Of a DNA stretch of 55,262 bases, positions 6,671 through 14,828 are shown in pieces. The stretch is from an uncultured Gammaproteobacteria bacterium. GTDB taxonomy: Bacteria > Patescibacteriota > Microgenomatia > UBA1406 > GWC2-37-13. The notes below the pieces were generated by a model. That model saw only the letters and a list, made by a program, of their open reading frames with translations. It was not told where the DNA came from and did no database searches. A program made the position numbers and the translations under genes. Where the stretch lies: assembly GCA_964404095.1 (NCBI GenBank), contig CAYOIN010000001.1, forward strand, positions 1-55,262, given 5' to 3'. Every line of letters begins with the position of its first letter. Position 1 is the stretch's first letter.

Positions 6671-8401
6671 TTACTCAATAATTGCTTTCTCGTCATCGGA
6701 GGCGATGACCTTAAACCCTACGTGAGATTGACCCGCGAAGAACAACCCCTCTCCTACTCCTGCCGAGAGTAAGAAATGTCGCTCCCCACCGGTGAGGAAG
6801 AATGTCTTCGTAATTGCGTCTACTGCGGCCGTTGATTGTTTGAGAATGATCTGCAGCGATGAGTTGGTAATAATCGCTTTTCCTTCATTGGTCGCCATAA
6901 AGTCCTCTACGTCCTGCGTAATGGTGGTGAGTCCGAGTTGGTACTTGCGGGATCGCTTCGCGAAGTTGAACAGATACGCTCCTGAGTCGCGATTTTTGAT
7001 AAGATACCATGCCTCATCAACAATAAGTACGCGTTTCTTCTTCGATCGTCGCACGGTATTCCAGATATAGTCGAGCACCATATACATCGCAACCGGTCGA
7101 AGATTCTCCTCGAGATCGCGGATGCCAAAGACCGTAAACTTGTTCTTAATATCAAAGTTCGACTGTTGATTGAAGATCCCTGCAGCCGATCCGCTTACAT
7201 ACTTTTCTAGCCTCCCCGCAAGCTCTTTCCCCTCAGCAGTCTCCATACCTAAGAACACCTTAAACAGATCTTCAAGGAGTGGGGGTTCATTCTTGAAGGT
7301 CGCGTTGTCCTGAGTAATTCCTCGCTGTTGATAGACCGCGACAAGCGCCCGATCAAGAAGCGCGTCCTGCGCTGGAGTGAGATCTCCCATCATGACACGC
7401 ATGAGAGAGTGAAGATCGAGGATCTTATTCTGGAGTTCGTCAGGCTCTGTACTATCGCGTTGTAGCTCAAATGGATTGATCTTGTACTGTGACTTAACCG
7501 AGAACTCCACAAACTCCCCTCCGACCGCGTCTACAAGCTTCTTGTACTCATTTTCAGGGTCCACAATAATCACGTCGACGTCCATCGATAACAGTCGGAG
7601 CGCTTCGAGCTTGACCAAAAAGCTCTTTCCTCCTCCCGACTTCCCAAGAATGACTGCGTTTGCGTTCTCCAGAGTGAATCGGTCAAAGATAATAAGACTG
7701 CTATCGTGTTGATTCACTCCGTACAGAATTCCCTCGTTTCTCGTGAGTGATGCGGTTGAAAATGGGAAGGTCATTGCGAGCGAGGTGCTGTCCATATTGC
7801 GCCACACCCCAAGCTTGTCGTAGAAGAGCGGGAGCGTTGACTTAAATCCCTCCTCCATCTCGAGCGTTGCTGCTCGCGAGACAACCAGCAGCGATGAGAG
7901 CGCCGACTCAACCTGCTTGGTGAGCTGCTCGAGCTGCTCTTTTGAGTTGGCGGGAATGGTAATATAGAGACCGAACTGGAAAAATCGCTCCGCACCCTTT
8001 GCGAGCTCTGCCTGAAGCGCAAGCGCGTCATCGAGGGCGACCTGAACCGTTGGATCAACCACCTTACCGTCTTTGAGATCATTCTCGATTGTGGCCTCCA
8101 TCTCTCCGATCTTACGCTTCAGCTCCTCGAGTACATTCTTTGACTCTGATGGATAGACATACATCGATACATAGAGTGGATGCTCAAAGGTAATGAGTCC
8201 GTACAGCCAGTTTGGTGAAACGTATCGGGGATATCCGGTTACATAGAGTGTCCGATAATACTGATCATCGATCTTGATGTGCTTGAAGTCGACCTCGACA
8301 AATGAAGGAGCGATGATGTCCGCAATTGAGGAGCCCTTCACCTCAAGCGGTGAGGTCGGCGGGCGTGCTTCGTTCTTTTTTTTCTTTGTACCAAAAAACA
8401 T
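6671..8401 (-). CDS. VirB4/TrbE/PrgJ-like type IV secretion ATPase
   Basis: 576 aa. Walker A GKSGGGKS and Walker B VLIVDEAW. The N-terminal region is of VirB4 N-domain type (IKIDDQYYRTLYVTGYPRYVSPNWL). Confidence 0.85.
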   Translation of the reverse strand: MFFGTKKKKNEARPPTSPLEVKGSSIADIIAPSFVEVDFKHIKIDDQYYRTLYVTGYPRYVSPNWLYGLITFEHPLYVSMYVYPSESKNVLEELKRKIGEMEATIENDLKDGKVVDPTVQVALDDALALQAELAKGAERFFQFGLYITIPANSKEQLEQLTKQVESALSSLLVVSRAATLEMEEGFKSTLPLFYDKLGVWRNMDSTSLAMTFPFSTASLTRNEGILYGVNQHDSSLIIFDRFTLENANAVILGKSGGGKSFLVKLEALRLLSMDVDVIIVDPENEYKKLVDAVGGEFVEFSVKSQYKINPFELQRDSTEPDELQNKILDLHSLMRVMMGDLTPAQDALLDRALVAVYQQRGITQDNATFKNEPPLLEDLFKVFLGMETAEGKELAGRLEKYVSGSAAGIFNQQSNFDIKNKFTVFGIRDLEENLRPVAMYMVLDYIWNTVRRSKKKRVLIVDEAWYLIKNRDSGAYLFNFAKRSRKYQLGLTTITQDVEDFMATNEGKAIITNSSLQIILKQSTAAVDAITKTFFLTGGERHFLLSAGVGEGLFFAGQSHVGFKVIASDDEKAIIE

Positions 8402-8409
8402 AGCGTGTA

Positions 8410-9069
8410 TTATTTCGCAACTCCGGTAACAACAGCGCCCGCCATGGTATCGACCGGGGCAAGCTTTTTGTTCGAGGTGTTATGATTAAATAGATTGTAA
8501 TAAAGCTCCGCAAGCTCTTGCTTCATGAGGGGCTTTGCTTTGAGACCGATCTTCATCAGCAATCGGACAACGTTATCACGTTTTGGATAGAGAGCGGCCT
8601 TTGCGCGCGTCACAACATAGTCTTTTTTCAGACCTTTTGTATTGGCTCCGGTAACACCCATCTCGAGAGGACTAAACGGCACAACGAAGAAAAATCGCTT
8701 CTCAAGAACCGTTGTTTTTTTTACGGTGTTTTTAATAAACTCGGTGTAACTGGTGAGCTGTTTTTGGATGAATGGGTCCTTCTGAGACAGGAGCTTTTGC
8801 TGGAGGTAGTTGAGGTACACCGAAATGTCCATCTGTTTCGAAACGATGAGGATCTGTACCGGGAACGAGAGCGAGTTGAGGAGATTGGCATACGACTGAA
8901 TCATCGACTCCTGCTCATCCTGCGAGAGCAGCCAGAAGTTCACCGCGCCGACCTCTACCACCGTCGCGGCAGAAAAGTCCTTGAGGATTACGACATCGTC
9001 TTGGATATCGATAATCTCGGTAAACGACTGTGTGGTGGCTCGGACCGGTGTCTTGTCGGTGTTGCTCAT
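8410..9069 (-). CDS. T4SS-associated protein resembling a VirB4 N-terminal domain, without an ATPase domain
   Basis: 219 aa. FTEIIDIQDDVVILKDFSAATVVEVGAVNFWLLSQDEQESMIQSYANLLNSLSFPVQILIVSK follows the pattern of VirB4/TraC N-termini. Its start overlaps the upstream stop (ATGA at 9066-9069). Confidence 0.55.
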   Translation of the reverse strand: MSNTDKTPVRATTQSFTEIIDIQDDVVILKDFSAATVVEVGAVNFWLLSQDEQESMIQSYANLLNSLSFPVQILIVSKQMDISVYLNYLQQKLLSQKDPFIQKQLTSYTEFIKNTVKKTTVLEKRFFFVVPFSPLEMGVTGANTKGLKKDYVVTRAKAALYPKRDNVVRLLMKIGLKAKPLMKQELAELYYNLFNHNTSNKKLAPVDTMAGAVVTGVAK

Positions 9070-9884
9070 AGTAGTCCTTTCTCCTGTATGGTAATCGGTG
9101 TTGGGTTGGTGTCGCCCAGCGTAATCTGCAAGGGATTAAATAAGTATGATCCTCGGGGATCCTTCGCCTCTAAGGTGTATGGACCGCTTGGTACCGTGGT
9201 AAAGGTGGCAAATACCCCGTTGGGATTTGTTTTGAGTAGTCGCACCGGTGTTCCGGACTCGTTCTTCAGATAAACCAGTACTTCGGGGAGGGCTTTTTGC
9301 TTATTGTTCACCACCGTACCGATAAAAAAGGGCTGCTTGTCCTGCTTCTGCGCTGGGTCTGTTGCTTGAACGGGCGCGGGTTGTGCCATCAACGGTTGTA
9401 CTGGCTCTGCGACAACCTTAGCTGCCTGCGCCGGGGTCACGGCCATCGCGGAAAGGTCGATTGTTTTTGATGCGAGTTCGGTTGCGCCGGCAGCCTTCAT
9501 CTGCAGGTACTGACTCAGCTTAGTTTGCGCATCTTTATGTGCTGCAATCCGATCAGGCGTGTCGGGTTGTGAACTCTGAATGAAGAGTGCGGGATGCCCG
9601 TTGTTTTGATACGCATACTGTGTCGGAGAGGTGAGCCGCTTGTAGAGATTCTGTAGGAATACCTCAAGTGGGCGGTCGTTGACGGGAAGGAAGGCGAGAA
9701 GAACCCCGACCGCAGAAACTGCGGCCGCAGCAACAATGTTTAGAAACGGAACCGGGATCACTTTATAGAGCAAAAACCCGGAGGGGATAAAGATGAGAAG
9801 GTAGATAAACTGATGGAGGGTCATAAACCCAACAAGCTTAAATTCAAAGGTGGTAATTTGGCGTGGAATAGGATGCTGCTCCAT
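9066..9884 (-). CDS. PrgI-family (VirB3-like) T4SS membrane protein with a C-terminal carboxypeptidase-regulatory-like beta-sandwich
   Basis: 272 aa. The N-terminus IPRQITTFEFKLVGFMTLHQFIYLLIF plus a second TM helix is typical of PrgI-family proteins. The C-terminus GTVVNNKQKALPEVLVYLKNESGTPVRLLKTNPNGVFATFTTVPSGPYTLEAKD is CarboxypepD_reg-like. Confidence 0.6.
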   Translation of the reverse strand: MEQHPIPRQITTFEFKLVGFMTLHQFIYLLIFIPSGFLLYKVIPVPFLNIVAAAAVSAVGVLLAFLPVNDRPLEVFLQNLYKRLTSPTQYAYQNNGHPALFIQSSQPDTPDRIAAHKDAQTKLSQYLQMKAAGATELASKTIDLSAMAVTPAQAAKVVAEPVQPLMAQPAPVQATDPAQKQDKQPFFIGTVVNNKQKALPEVLVYLKNESGTPVRLLKTNPNGVFATFTTVPSGPYTLEAKDPRGSYLFNPLQITLGDTNPTPITIQEKGLL

Positions 9885-9991
9885 GTAATTTAGTATACAT
9901 TTTCTGTTACTAGATTACGCACTGCGAATTACGGATTGCGTATTCGTTCGCATGGTATTATTCGCAAGATCCAATGGAGAACGGTCTGGTG

Positions 9992-11068
9992 TTATCGATA
10001 GAGAACCGGCTTCTCTTTCTGTGGAAGTATGAGGCTCAATCTGCGAGCAGACTTGTTCACTCGCTCAATAAATGCCTTGATTTTTTTGCCAACCTCGATG
10101 TCTTCGTTTCCGGTGAGTTTACTTTCATGGATAAGACCCTCGATTCCTGGCTCAAGTCGGACGAAGTATCCATACTTTTCTTTTCGAACCACTTCACCCT
10201 CAACCTCTTTATCTTTTGGATACTTTTCTTCGATCTCATCCCATGGATCGTGTGAAAGTCGCTTAATAGAAAGGTTCAGCTTGAGGTCTGCGTCGTTTTT
10301 CTCAACAACCTTTACATCGATCTCTTCTCCAACCTTTACGGTCTCGGTAATGTTCCCGACCTTCTCCCATGAAATCTCTGAGATGTGAACAAGCCCTTCA
10401 ACGCCGTCGATTTCGCAGAAAATACCAAACTCAGAAACACCAAGAATCTTTGCTTTCTTTGCGTCTCCAACCTTGATCTTTTCAAACTTCTTTCGGAGCT
10501 CTTTTTGGGAGATGTTGAGCGCTGCCGCTTTCTGGGATACGACGAGTCTGTTTTTTTCTTGATCAACCTCAAGCACCTTTGCTTTGATGCGCTGTCCGAC
10601 AAGCTTCTCAGGATGCACGAGGAGGTCTGCGGTGAGCTGAATCTTCGGGATAACGCCTCGAATTCCCATAAACTCAATGAAGACGCCACCCTTTCCATAC
10701 TCTCCACACATTACCTCAATATCTTCTTCCGACTCTTTCTTCTTCAGGAGGACCTCCCACTTTCCCTTTTCAAAGAAGCTTCGCATAGAAACTACTGGGT
10801 TTCCTTCACGAGACTCCTCAGAAATAATGCGGACCTTCACGGTATCTCCTGGTTTGAGATGATCGTGATACATGAAGATCTCCTTAATCTCCTTGTCTCC
10901 GAGTACGGCGTTTGCCTTTGAGCCAACATTAAAGAGCGTACCCTTTTTGGTAATAGAGATGATCTGTGCGTCAATTTCCTGCCCTTTTTTTATGTGTGGA
11001 ATGTTTTGCTTTTGAAGAAGCTGCTCCATTGGGTGGGTTGAGCCTGAAGATGTTGTTTTTTTTGCCAT
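9992..11068 (-). CDS. rpsA: 30S ribosomal protein S1 (four S1 domains)
   Basis: 358 aa with repeated S1 OB-fold modules (GDTVKVRIISE, GQRIKAKVLEVD, FGIFCEIDGVEGLVHISEISWEKV, GYFVRLEPGIEGLIHESKL). Confidence 0.85.
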   Translation of the reverse strand: MAKKTTSSGSTHPMEQLLQKQNIPHIKKGQEIDAQIISITKKGTLFNVGSKANAVLGDKEIKEIFMYHDHLKPGDTVKVRIISEESREGNPVVSMRSFFEKGKWEVLLKKKESEEDIEVMCGEYGKGGVFIEFMGIRGVIPKIQLTADLLVHPEKLVGQRIKAKVLEVDQEKNRLVVSQKAAALNISQKELRKKFEKIKVGDAKKAKILGVSEFGIFCEIDGVEGLVHISEISWEKVGNITETVKVGEEIDVKVVEKNDADLKLNLSIKRLSHDPWDEIEEKYPKDKEVEGEVVRKEKYGYFVRLEPGIEGLIHESKLTGNEDIEVGKKIKAFIERVNKSARRLSLILPQKEKPVLYR

Positions 11069-11218
11069 TTCGTACTAAGTTCCTCCGATTGGTAGTAATA
11101 ATAACAAATAAACCGAAAAAAAACAACTTAATACCTATAACATTAGGTAGTGGGATATATATGATACTAGTTAGACCTATTGAAATCCGCGCATGAGTAT
11201 GATATATTATAGGTCAAT

Positions 11219-12088
11219 ATGGATGGTTATTTCTTCCCAAGCCTCGTAGAGAAGTTTATTCAAAATCTACAGGTTCAAGGCAAGTCGAGCTTCACTATTG
11301 TCGCGTATAAAAAAGACCTCGAGCAATTTATCGGATACCTTTCTTCTCGAGAAATTAGCGACATTCGAGATGTAAAGAAGCCGGAGATTGAAGGATTTAT
11401 CGCCAAGCTTATCACCGAGAACTACACAAAGAAATCAGCCTCACGCAAACTTAACTCAATTCGAACCTTTTTCCGCTATCTAAAAGCTGAAGGAGTTGTT
11501 GAGCAGAATCCATCGCTTGATGTTTCTCACCCAAAGTACACCCAGACGCTCCCTCGCGTCTTTAGTAAGCTTGAGTACCGAGCGATTCGAGATGTAGCGA
11601 AGGAAGATCTTCGGACCTATGCGATTGTTGAGATTCTTCTCCAAACTGGTGTTCGCATTGGTGAGTTAACCAATATTCATATCAATGATGTAAAGGAAGG
11701 TTCGCTGTTGGTCCGTGGGTATGGAAAGAGCGAGGGCCGCGAAGTTCCACTGAGCGCGTCGGCGTATAAGGCGGTTCAGGACTATCTTACGGTTCGTGGA
11801 CCACAAAACTCAGATGATGATCTTTTGTTTGTTACTCGAACCGGGAAAGGACTTCTTATTCGTAATGTGAGACAGATTATTATGCGCTGCTTTAAAGAAG
11901 TGGGAATCGAAAATGCAACAATTAATGATTTCCGTAATACCTTTATCGCACACCAGCTTACCGCCGGCTTCTCAATTGACTACATCGCGAAGATCGTTGG
12001 TCACAAACGACTTTCATCAACAGAACGGTTTCTTACCCTTGTGAAAGAAGCTCCCCAAGCAAAGAAGGAAAAAATCGAAGAGTTGTAA
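11219..12088 (+). CDS. XerC/XerD-like tyrosine-recombinase fold protein with degenerate active site (Tyr->Phe)
   Basis: 289 aa with a SAM-like N-domain and a catalytic-domain fold. R146 (TGVRIGEL), K170, R239 and H262 are present. N236 replaces the His of HxxR, and F271 (TTT 12029-12031) sits exactly 9 residues after H262, where the nucleophilic Tyr should be. Confidence 0.8.
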   Translation: MDGYFFPSLVEKFIQNLQVQGKSSFTIVAYKKDLEQFIGYLSSREISDIRDVKKPEIEGFIAKLITENYTKKSASRKLNSIRTFFRYLKAEGVVEQNPSLDVSHPKYTQTLPRVFSKLEYRAIRDVAKEDLRTYAIVEILLQTGVRIGELTNIHINDVKEGSLLVRGYGKSEGREVPLSASAYKAVQDYLTVRGPQNSDDDLLFVTRTGKGLLIRNVRQIIMRCFKEVGIENATINDFRNTFIAHQLTAGFSIDYIAKIVGHKRLSSTERFLTLVKEAPQAKKEKIEEL

Positions 12089-12111
12089 CTCTTTCCCTTT
12101 CGTCTCTCTCG

Positions 12112-13215
12112 TTACACCTGAATTCTCACCGGCATGATGATGTGAAGAAAGTTCTTTAAGCTGTCGGATCGAAACACTACCGGCGCGTCGGACCTGAGAA
12201 GCTCTATCGTTATTTTTTTGCCCGGTACCGTCTGGAGGAGCTCTAGGAGGAATCGTGCGTTAAAGGCTGCCTGAATTTCCTCTCCTTCGATTTCTGCATC
12301 CTGCGAGGAACTGTTTTCTTCAGCACTGTCGGTTTTTGGCTTTATTGTGAGCGTTCCGTTATCGGCCTTGAAAACAACGATGTTTGATTGTTCTCTCGCA
12401 AAGAGCGACGCAATCTTAATATTTCTCAACAACTCCTCTCTGTCGGTATGTATTGTTTGTTTCTTCTCTATCGGGATAACCTTTTCATATGGCGGAAATG
12501 AACCTTCGATCACACGACTGAAGTAAAGTTTTTGCGCTCCTTTAAACCACACCGTCTGCTCCTTCTCAAGATACCCGAACTCAATCATCCTCTCTTCCTT
12601 CACTCCCTGGAGCACCTCTTCAAGAAAACCTCGAGAAATGAGAACTGAGGGCATATTTTGGGTGTTCTTATCCTTTATTAAGGAGAGTCTAAACCCATCG
12701 GTTGCCACAGTAATTAGATCACCTCCGTTTGAAACAAAGTTGACGCCGGATAGTGCCGGTCGCGACTCGTCTCGTGAGGCGGCAAAGAGAATGAGGGGAA
12801 GGTGTTTTTTAAAGTGCTCGGCATTGAGGGTGAGTGGTTTTTGAGTAATGATCGGTGGTTTAGGAAAATCACCTTCGTCCATAACCGGGAAGGTTCCGTG
12901 GTTCTTCTCTTTCTGTAGGGTGATCTTCTTCTCTTCGACCTTGATTGCAACGTCGCCGGGGGATAACAGGGCGAGGAATTCAGCGATTTTTTTTGGATCA
13001 ACAACCACGCGCACCGATCCCTTGACCGGGAGCTTTGAGGATAGGGTTGTTACAAAGTGGGTGTTTAGGTTTGTAGCAAAGATCTGAACAGACTCCTTCT
13101 CAATTGTGAGAAGTGCACCTTGTAGTGACTGGATGGTAGAAAGGCGTTTGGATGTAAAACGGGATGCGGTTTGTACACCGTCTTGTAGTTGTTCCTTGTC
13201 TAATACTATTTTCAT
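12112..13215 (-). CDS. dnaN: DNA polymerase III beta sliding clamp
   Basis: ORF 12112-13287 trimmed to ATG 13215 (MKIVLDKEQLQDGVQTASRFTSKR...). It has a three-domain clamp length (367 aa) and lies directly downstream of dnaA. Confidence 0.9.
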   Translation of the reverse strand: MKIVLDKEQLQDGVQTASRFTSKRLSTIQSLQGALLTIEKESVQIFATNLNTHFVTTLSSKLPVKGSVRVVVDPKKIAEFLALLSPGDVAIKVEEKKITLQKEKNHGTFPVMDEGDFPKPPIITQKPLTLNAEHFKKHLPLILFAASRDESRPALSGVNFVSNGGDLITVATDGFRLSLIKDKNTQNMPSVLISRGFLEEVLQGVKEERMIEFGYLEKEQTVWFKGAQKLYFSRVIEGSFPPYEKVIPIEKKQTIHTDREELLRNIKIASLFAREQSNIVVFKADNGTLTIKPKTDSAEENSSSQDAEIEGEEIQAAFNARFLLELLQTVPGKKITIELLRSDAPVVFRSDSLKNFLHIIMPVRIQV

Positions 13216-13240
13216 ATATTTACTTCGTAGTAGTAGTACG

Positions 13241-13249
13241 TGGGGATAA
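13241..13249. promoter_or_regulatory. DnaA-box-like site (8/9) in the dnaA-dnaN spacer
   Basis: TGGGGATAA is the reverse complement of TTATCCCCA, versus the consensus TTATCCACA. Confidence 0.4.
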
Positions 13250-13322
13250 GTGTATAAAAAACGGTTTGTATTTTCAAGACAAGACAAAACCCCACTTTTG
13301 GTGCGTAGATAAGTCGTGCATA

Positions 13323-14657
13323 CTATGTGGAGAGATGAAGGGTTTGGATCATCCTATCAATCTCTTTTTTAAAAAACTCATCCTTTATTAATCGCTTATT
13401 AATTTTTTCAACACCATGCATAACCGTTGTGTGGTCCTTCCGTTTCAGGAACGTGGCGATGTCCTGGTGCTTCATATCAAGCTCCCTTCGTAGGAGGAAC
13501 ATAACAATCTGGCGTGGAAGTGCGAGGGCCTCAGCGCGTGTCGGACTCTTCAACTGCGACTGCTTAATATTGTAGTACGAACAGACAACGTTCATTATTT
13601 CATGGGGCGTGATCCGGATCTTTGGGCGGTCCTCAGAAACGGTATGGAAGAACTCCTCTACAACGGTAAGGGTTATCTTCTCTCCCCGACCAAGCGTCCG
13701 AGCGTAGATTGAGAGGAGCGTCCCCTCAAGAGAGCGCGTATCGGTTACCTGCTCCGCGATTATGCGAGCCACCTCAATACTGAGTTCAATGTTCTTTTCC
13801 TGCGCTTTGATCAATAGAATTGCGGTTCTCAGCTCAAAATCGGGCGACTGAACATCAACAGTGAGACCACCCGCGAAACGGGAGCGAAGGCGGTCTTCGA
13901 GGTTCTTAATCTCAAGTGGAGGCCGGTCTGAGGTGAAGATTATCTGACCCCCACCCGAAACCACCGCGTTGAAGGTATGAAAAAACTCTTCCTGAACGGT
14001 GTTCTTCCCGGCGATAAACTGAACGTCATCAATAATGAGAAGATTGAGGTTGCGGTACTTCTTGCGAAACTTCGCGGTGTTCTTCTCCCGGATCGACTCA
14101 ATAAGCTCATTCGTGAACTGATCTCCAGGACTAAACACCACCCGTTTCTGAGGGCTATCCGAGAGGATCTTACACGCAACCGCCTGAGCGATATGTGTTT
14201 TCCCAACCCCAACCCCACCATAAAGGAAAAGTGGGTTGTACGCCTTCGATGGATTGTCCGCAACCGCCTGCGCTGCTGCGTACGCCACCTGATTGGAGCC
14301 CGAGACCGCAAAGTTCTCAAAGGTGAATTTACCGTTTAGTCCGGACTTTCGATAGATGTCTTCTTGGGTTGGTTCAAAGGACAGAAGCGGAGCCTCCTTT
14401 ACCTTCTTTGGCTCATGCGTGGCGATCACAACCTCAACCTTGATCGGCTTTTTCGCGAACATCGCCAACCGCTCCTCAATCTCAAGAAGCCTCTTCTGAA
14501 TAAAGAGATAAAAACCCTGACTATCGGTTGAGAGAACTACCGCATGGTCCGAAACCGAGAGGAGGGTGACCTGCTTTAATATCGAAAAAAGGATTGGATT
14601 TTTCTGCGACCCCTCTATTAAAGAGACGATAAAATGATTCCATTCAGCCTCAGACAT
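13323..14657 (-). CDS. dnaA: Chromosomal replication initiator DnaA
   Basis: ORF 13323-14774 trimmed to ATG 14657 (MSEAEWNHF...). Walker A GGVGVGKTH, Walker B LLIIDDVQF, and a C-terminal DNA-binding domain (DHTTVMHGVEKI). The longer ORF would run through the DnaA boxes. Confidence 0.9.
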   Translation of the reverse strand: MSEAEWNHFIVSLIEGSQKNPILFSILKQVTLLSVSDHAVVLSTDSQGFYLFIQKRLLEIEERLAMFAKKPIKVEVVIATHEPKKVKEAPLLSFEPTQEDIYRKSGLNGKFTFENFAVSGSNQVAYAAAQAVADNPSKAYNPLFLYGGVGVGKTHIAQAVACKILSDSPQKRVVFSPGDQFTNELIESIREKNTAKFRKKYRNLNLLIIDDVQFIAGKNTVQEEFFHTFNAVVSGGGQIIFTSDRPPLEIKNLEDRLRSRFAGGLTVDVQSPDFELRTAILLIKAQEKNIELSIEVARIIAEQVTDTRSLEGTLLSIYARTLGRGEKITLTVVEEFFHTVSEDRPKIRITPHEIMNVVCSYYNIKQSQLKSPTRAEALALPRQIVMFLLRRELDMKHQDIATFLKRKDHTTVMHGVEKINKRLIKDEFFKKEIDRMIQTLHLST

Positions 14658-14663
14658 GGTATA

Positions 14664-14703
14664 TGTGGATAACTTATCCACAAATAATAACCACCTATCC
14701 ACA
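14664..14703. promoter_or_regulatory. oriC/dnaA-promoter DnaA-box cluster
   Basis: TGTGGATAA 14664-14672 (perfect, inverted), TTATCCACA 14674-14682 (perfect), cTATCCACA 14695-14703 (8/9). An AT-rich stretch follows at 14700-14725. Confidence 0.75.
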
Positions 14704-14828
14704 ATTATGCAATATATCAAAGTAGGTAGTCTGTAGCACAGAAGCTCCCTTTGATGGTTTGCTCCGCCAATCAACAGGTGGTGTCATCGTATTCTCTACC
14801 GGAAGCCACCATGTGCTATTATTGGGGT

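Noticed and set aside
8376-8383. Homopolymeric T8/A8 run in the first codons of the VirB4-like gene as a phase-variation switch
   Set aside because: An identical A8 run occurs near the start of the essential rpsA gene (11056-11063) and at 16401-16408. It therefore reflects Lys-rich AT-biased coding rather than a contingency locus.
8518-9273. 251-aa plus-strand ORF
   Set aside because: It is antisense to two motif-bearing T4SS genes (8410-9069 and 9066-9884) and has a low-complexity composition, so it is a shadow ORF. The same reasoning applies to 29185-29916 (+), 49206-50012 (+), 25739-26357 (+), 23631-24212 (+) and 53488-54102 (-).
11187-11218. dif-like sequence (CCGCGCATGAGTATGATATATTATAGGTCAAT) directly upstream of the Xer-like gene
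   Set aside because: It shares GCGCAT and ATATATTAT with known dif sites, but the arm spacing is wrong (~10-nt centre), there is no dyad symmetry, and it lies beside the origin rather than the terminus. It is more simply the AT-rich promoter of the gene.
13216-14774. Longer N-terminal extensions of dnaN (to 13287) and dnaA (to 14774) given by the ORF track
   Set aside because: The extensions have atypical composition. The dnaA extension would read through the DnaA-box cluster. The internal ATGs give canonical N-termini.
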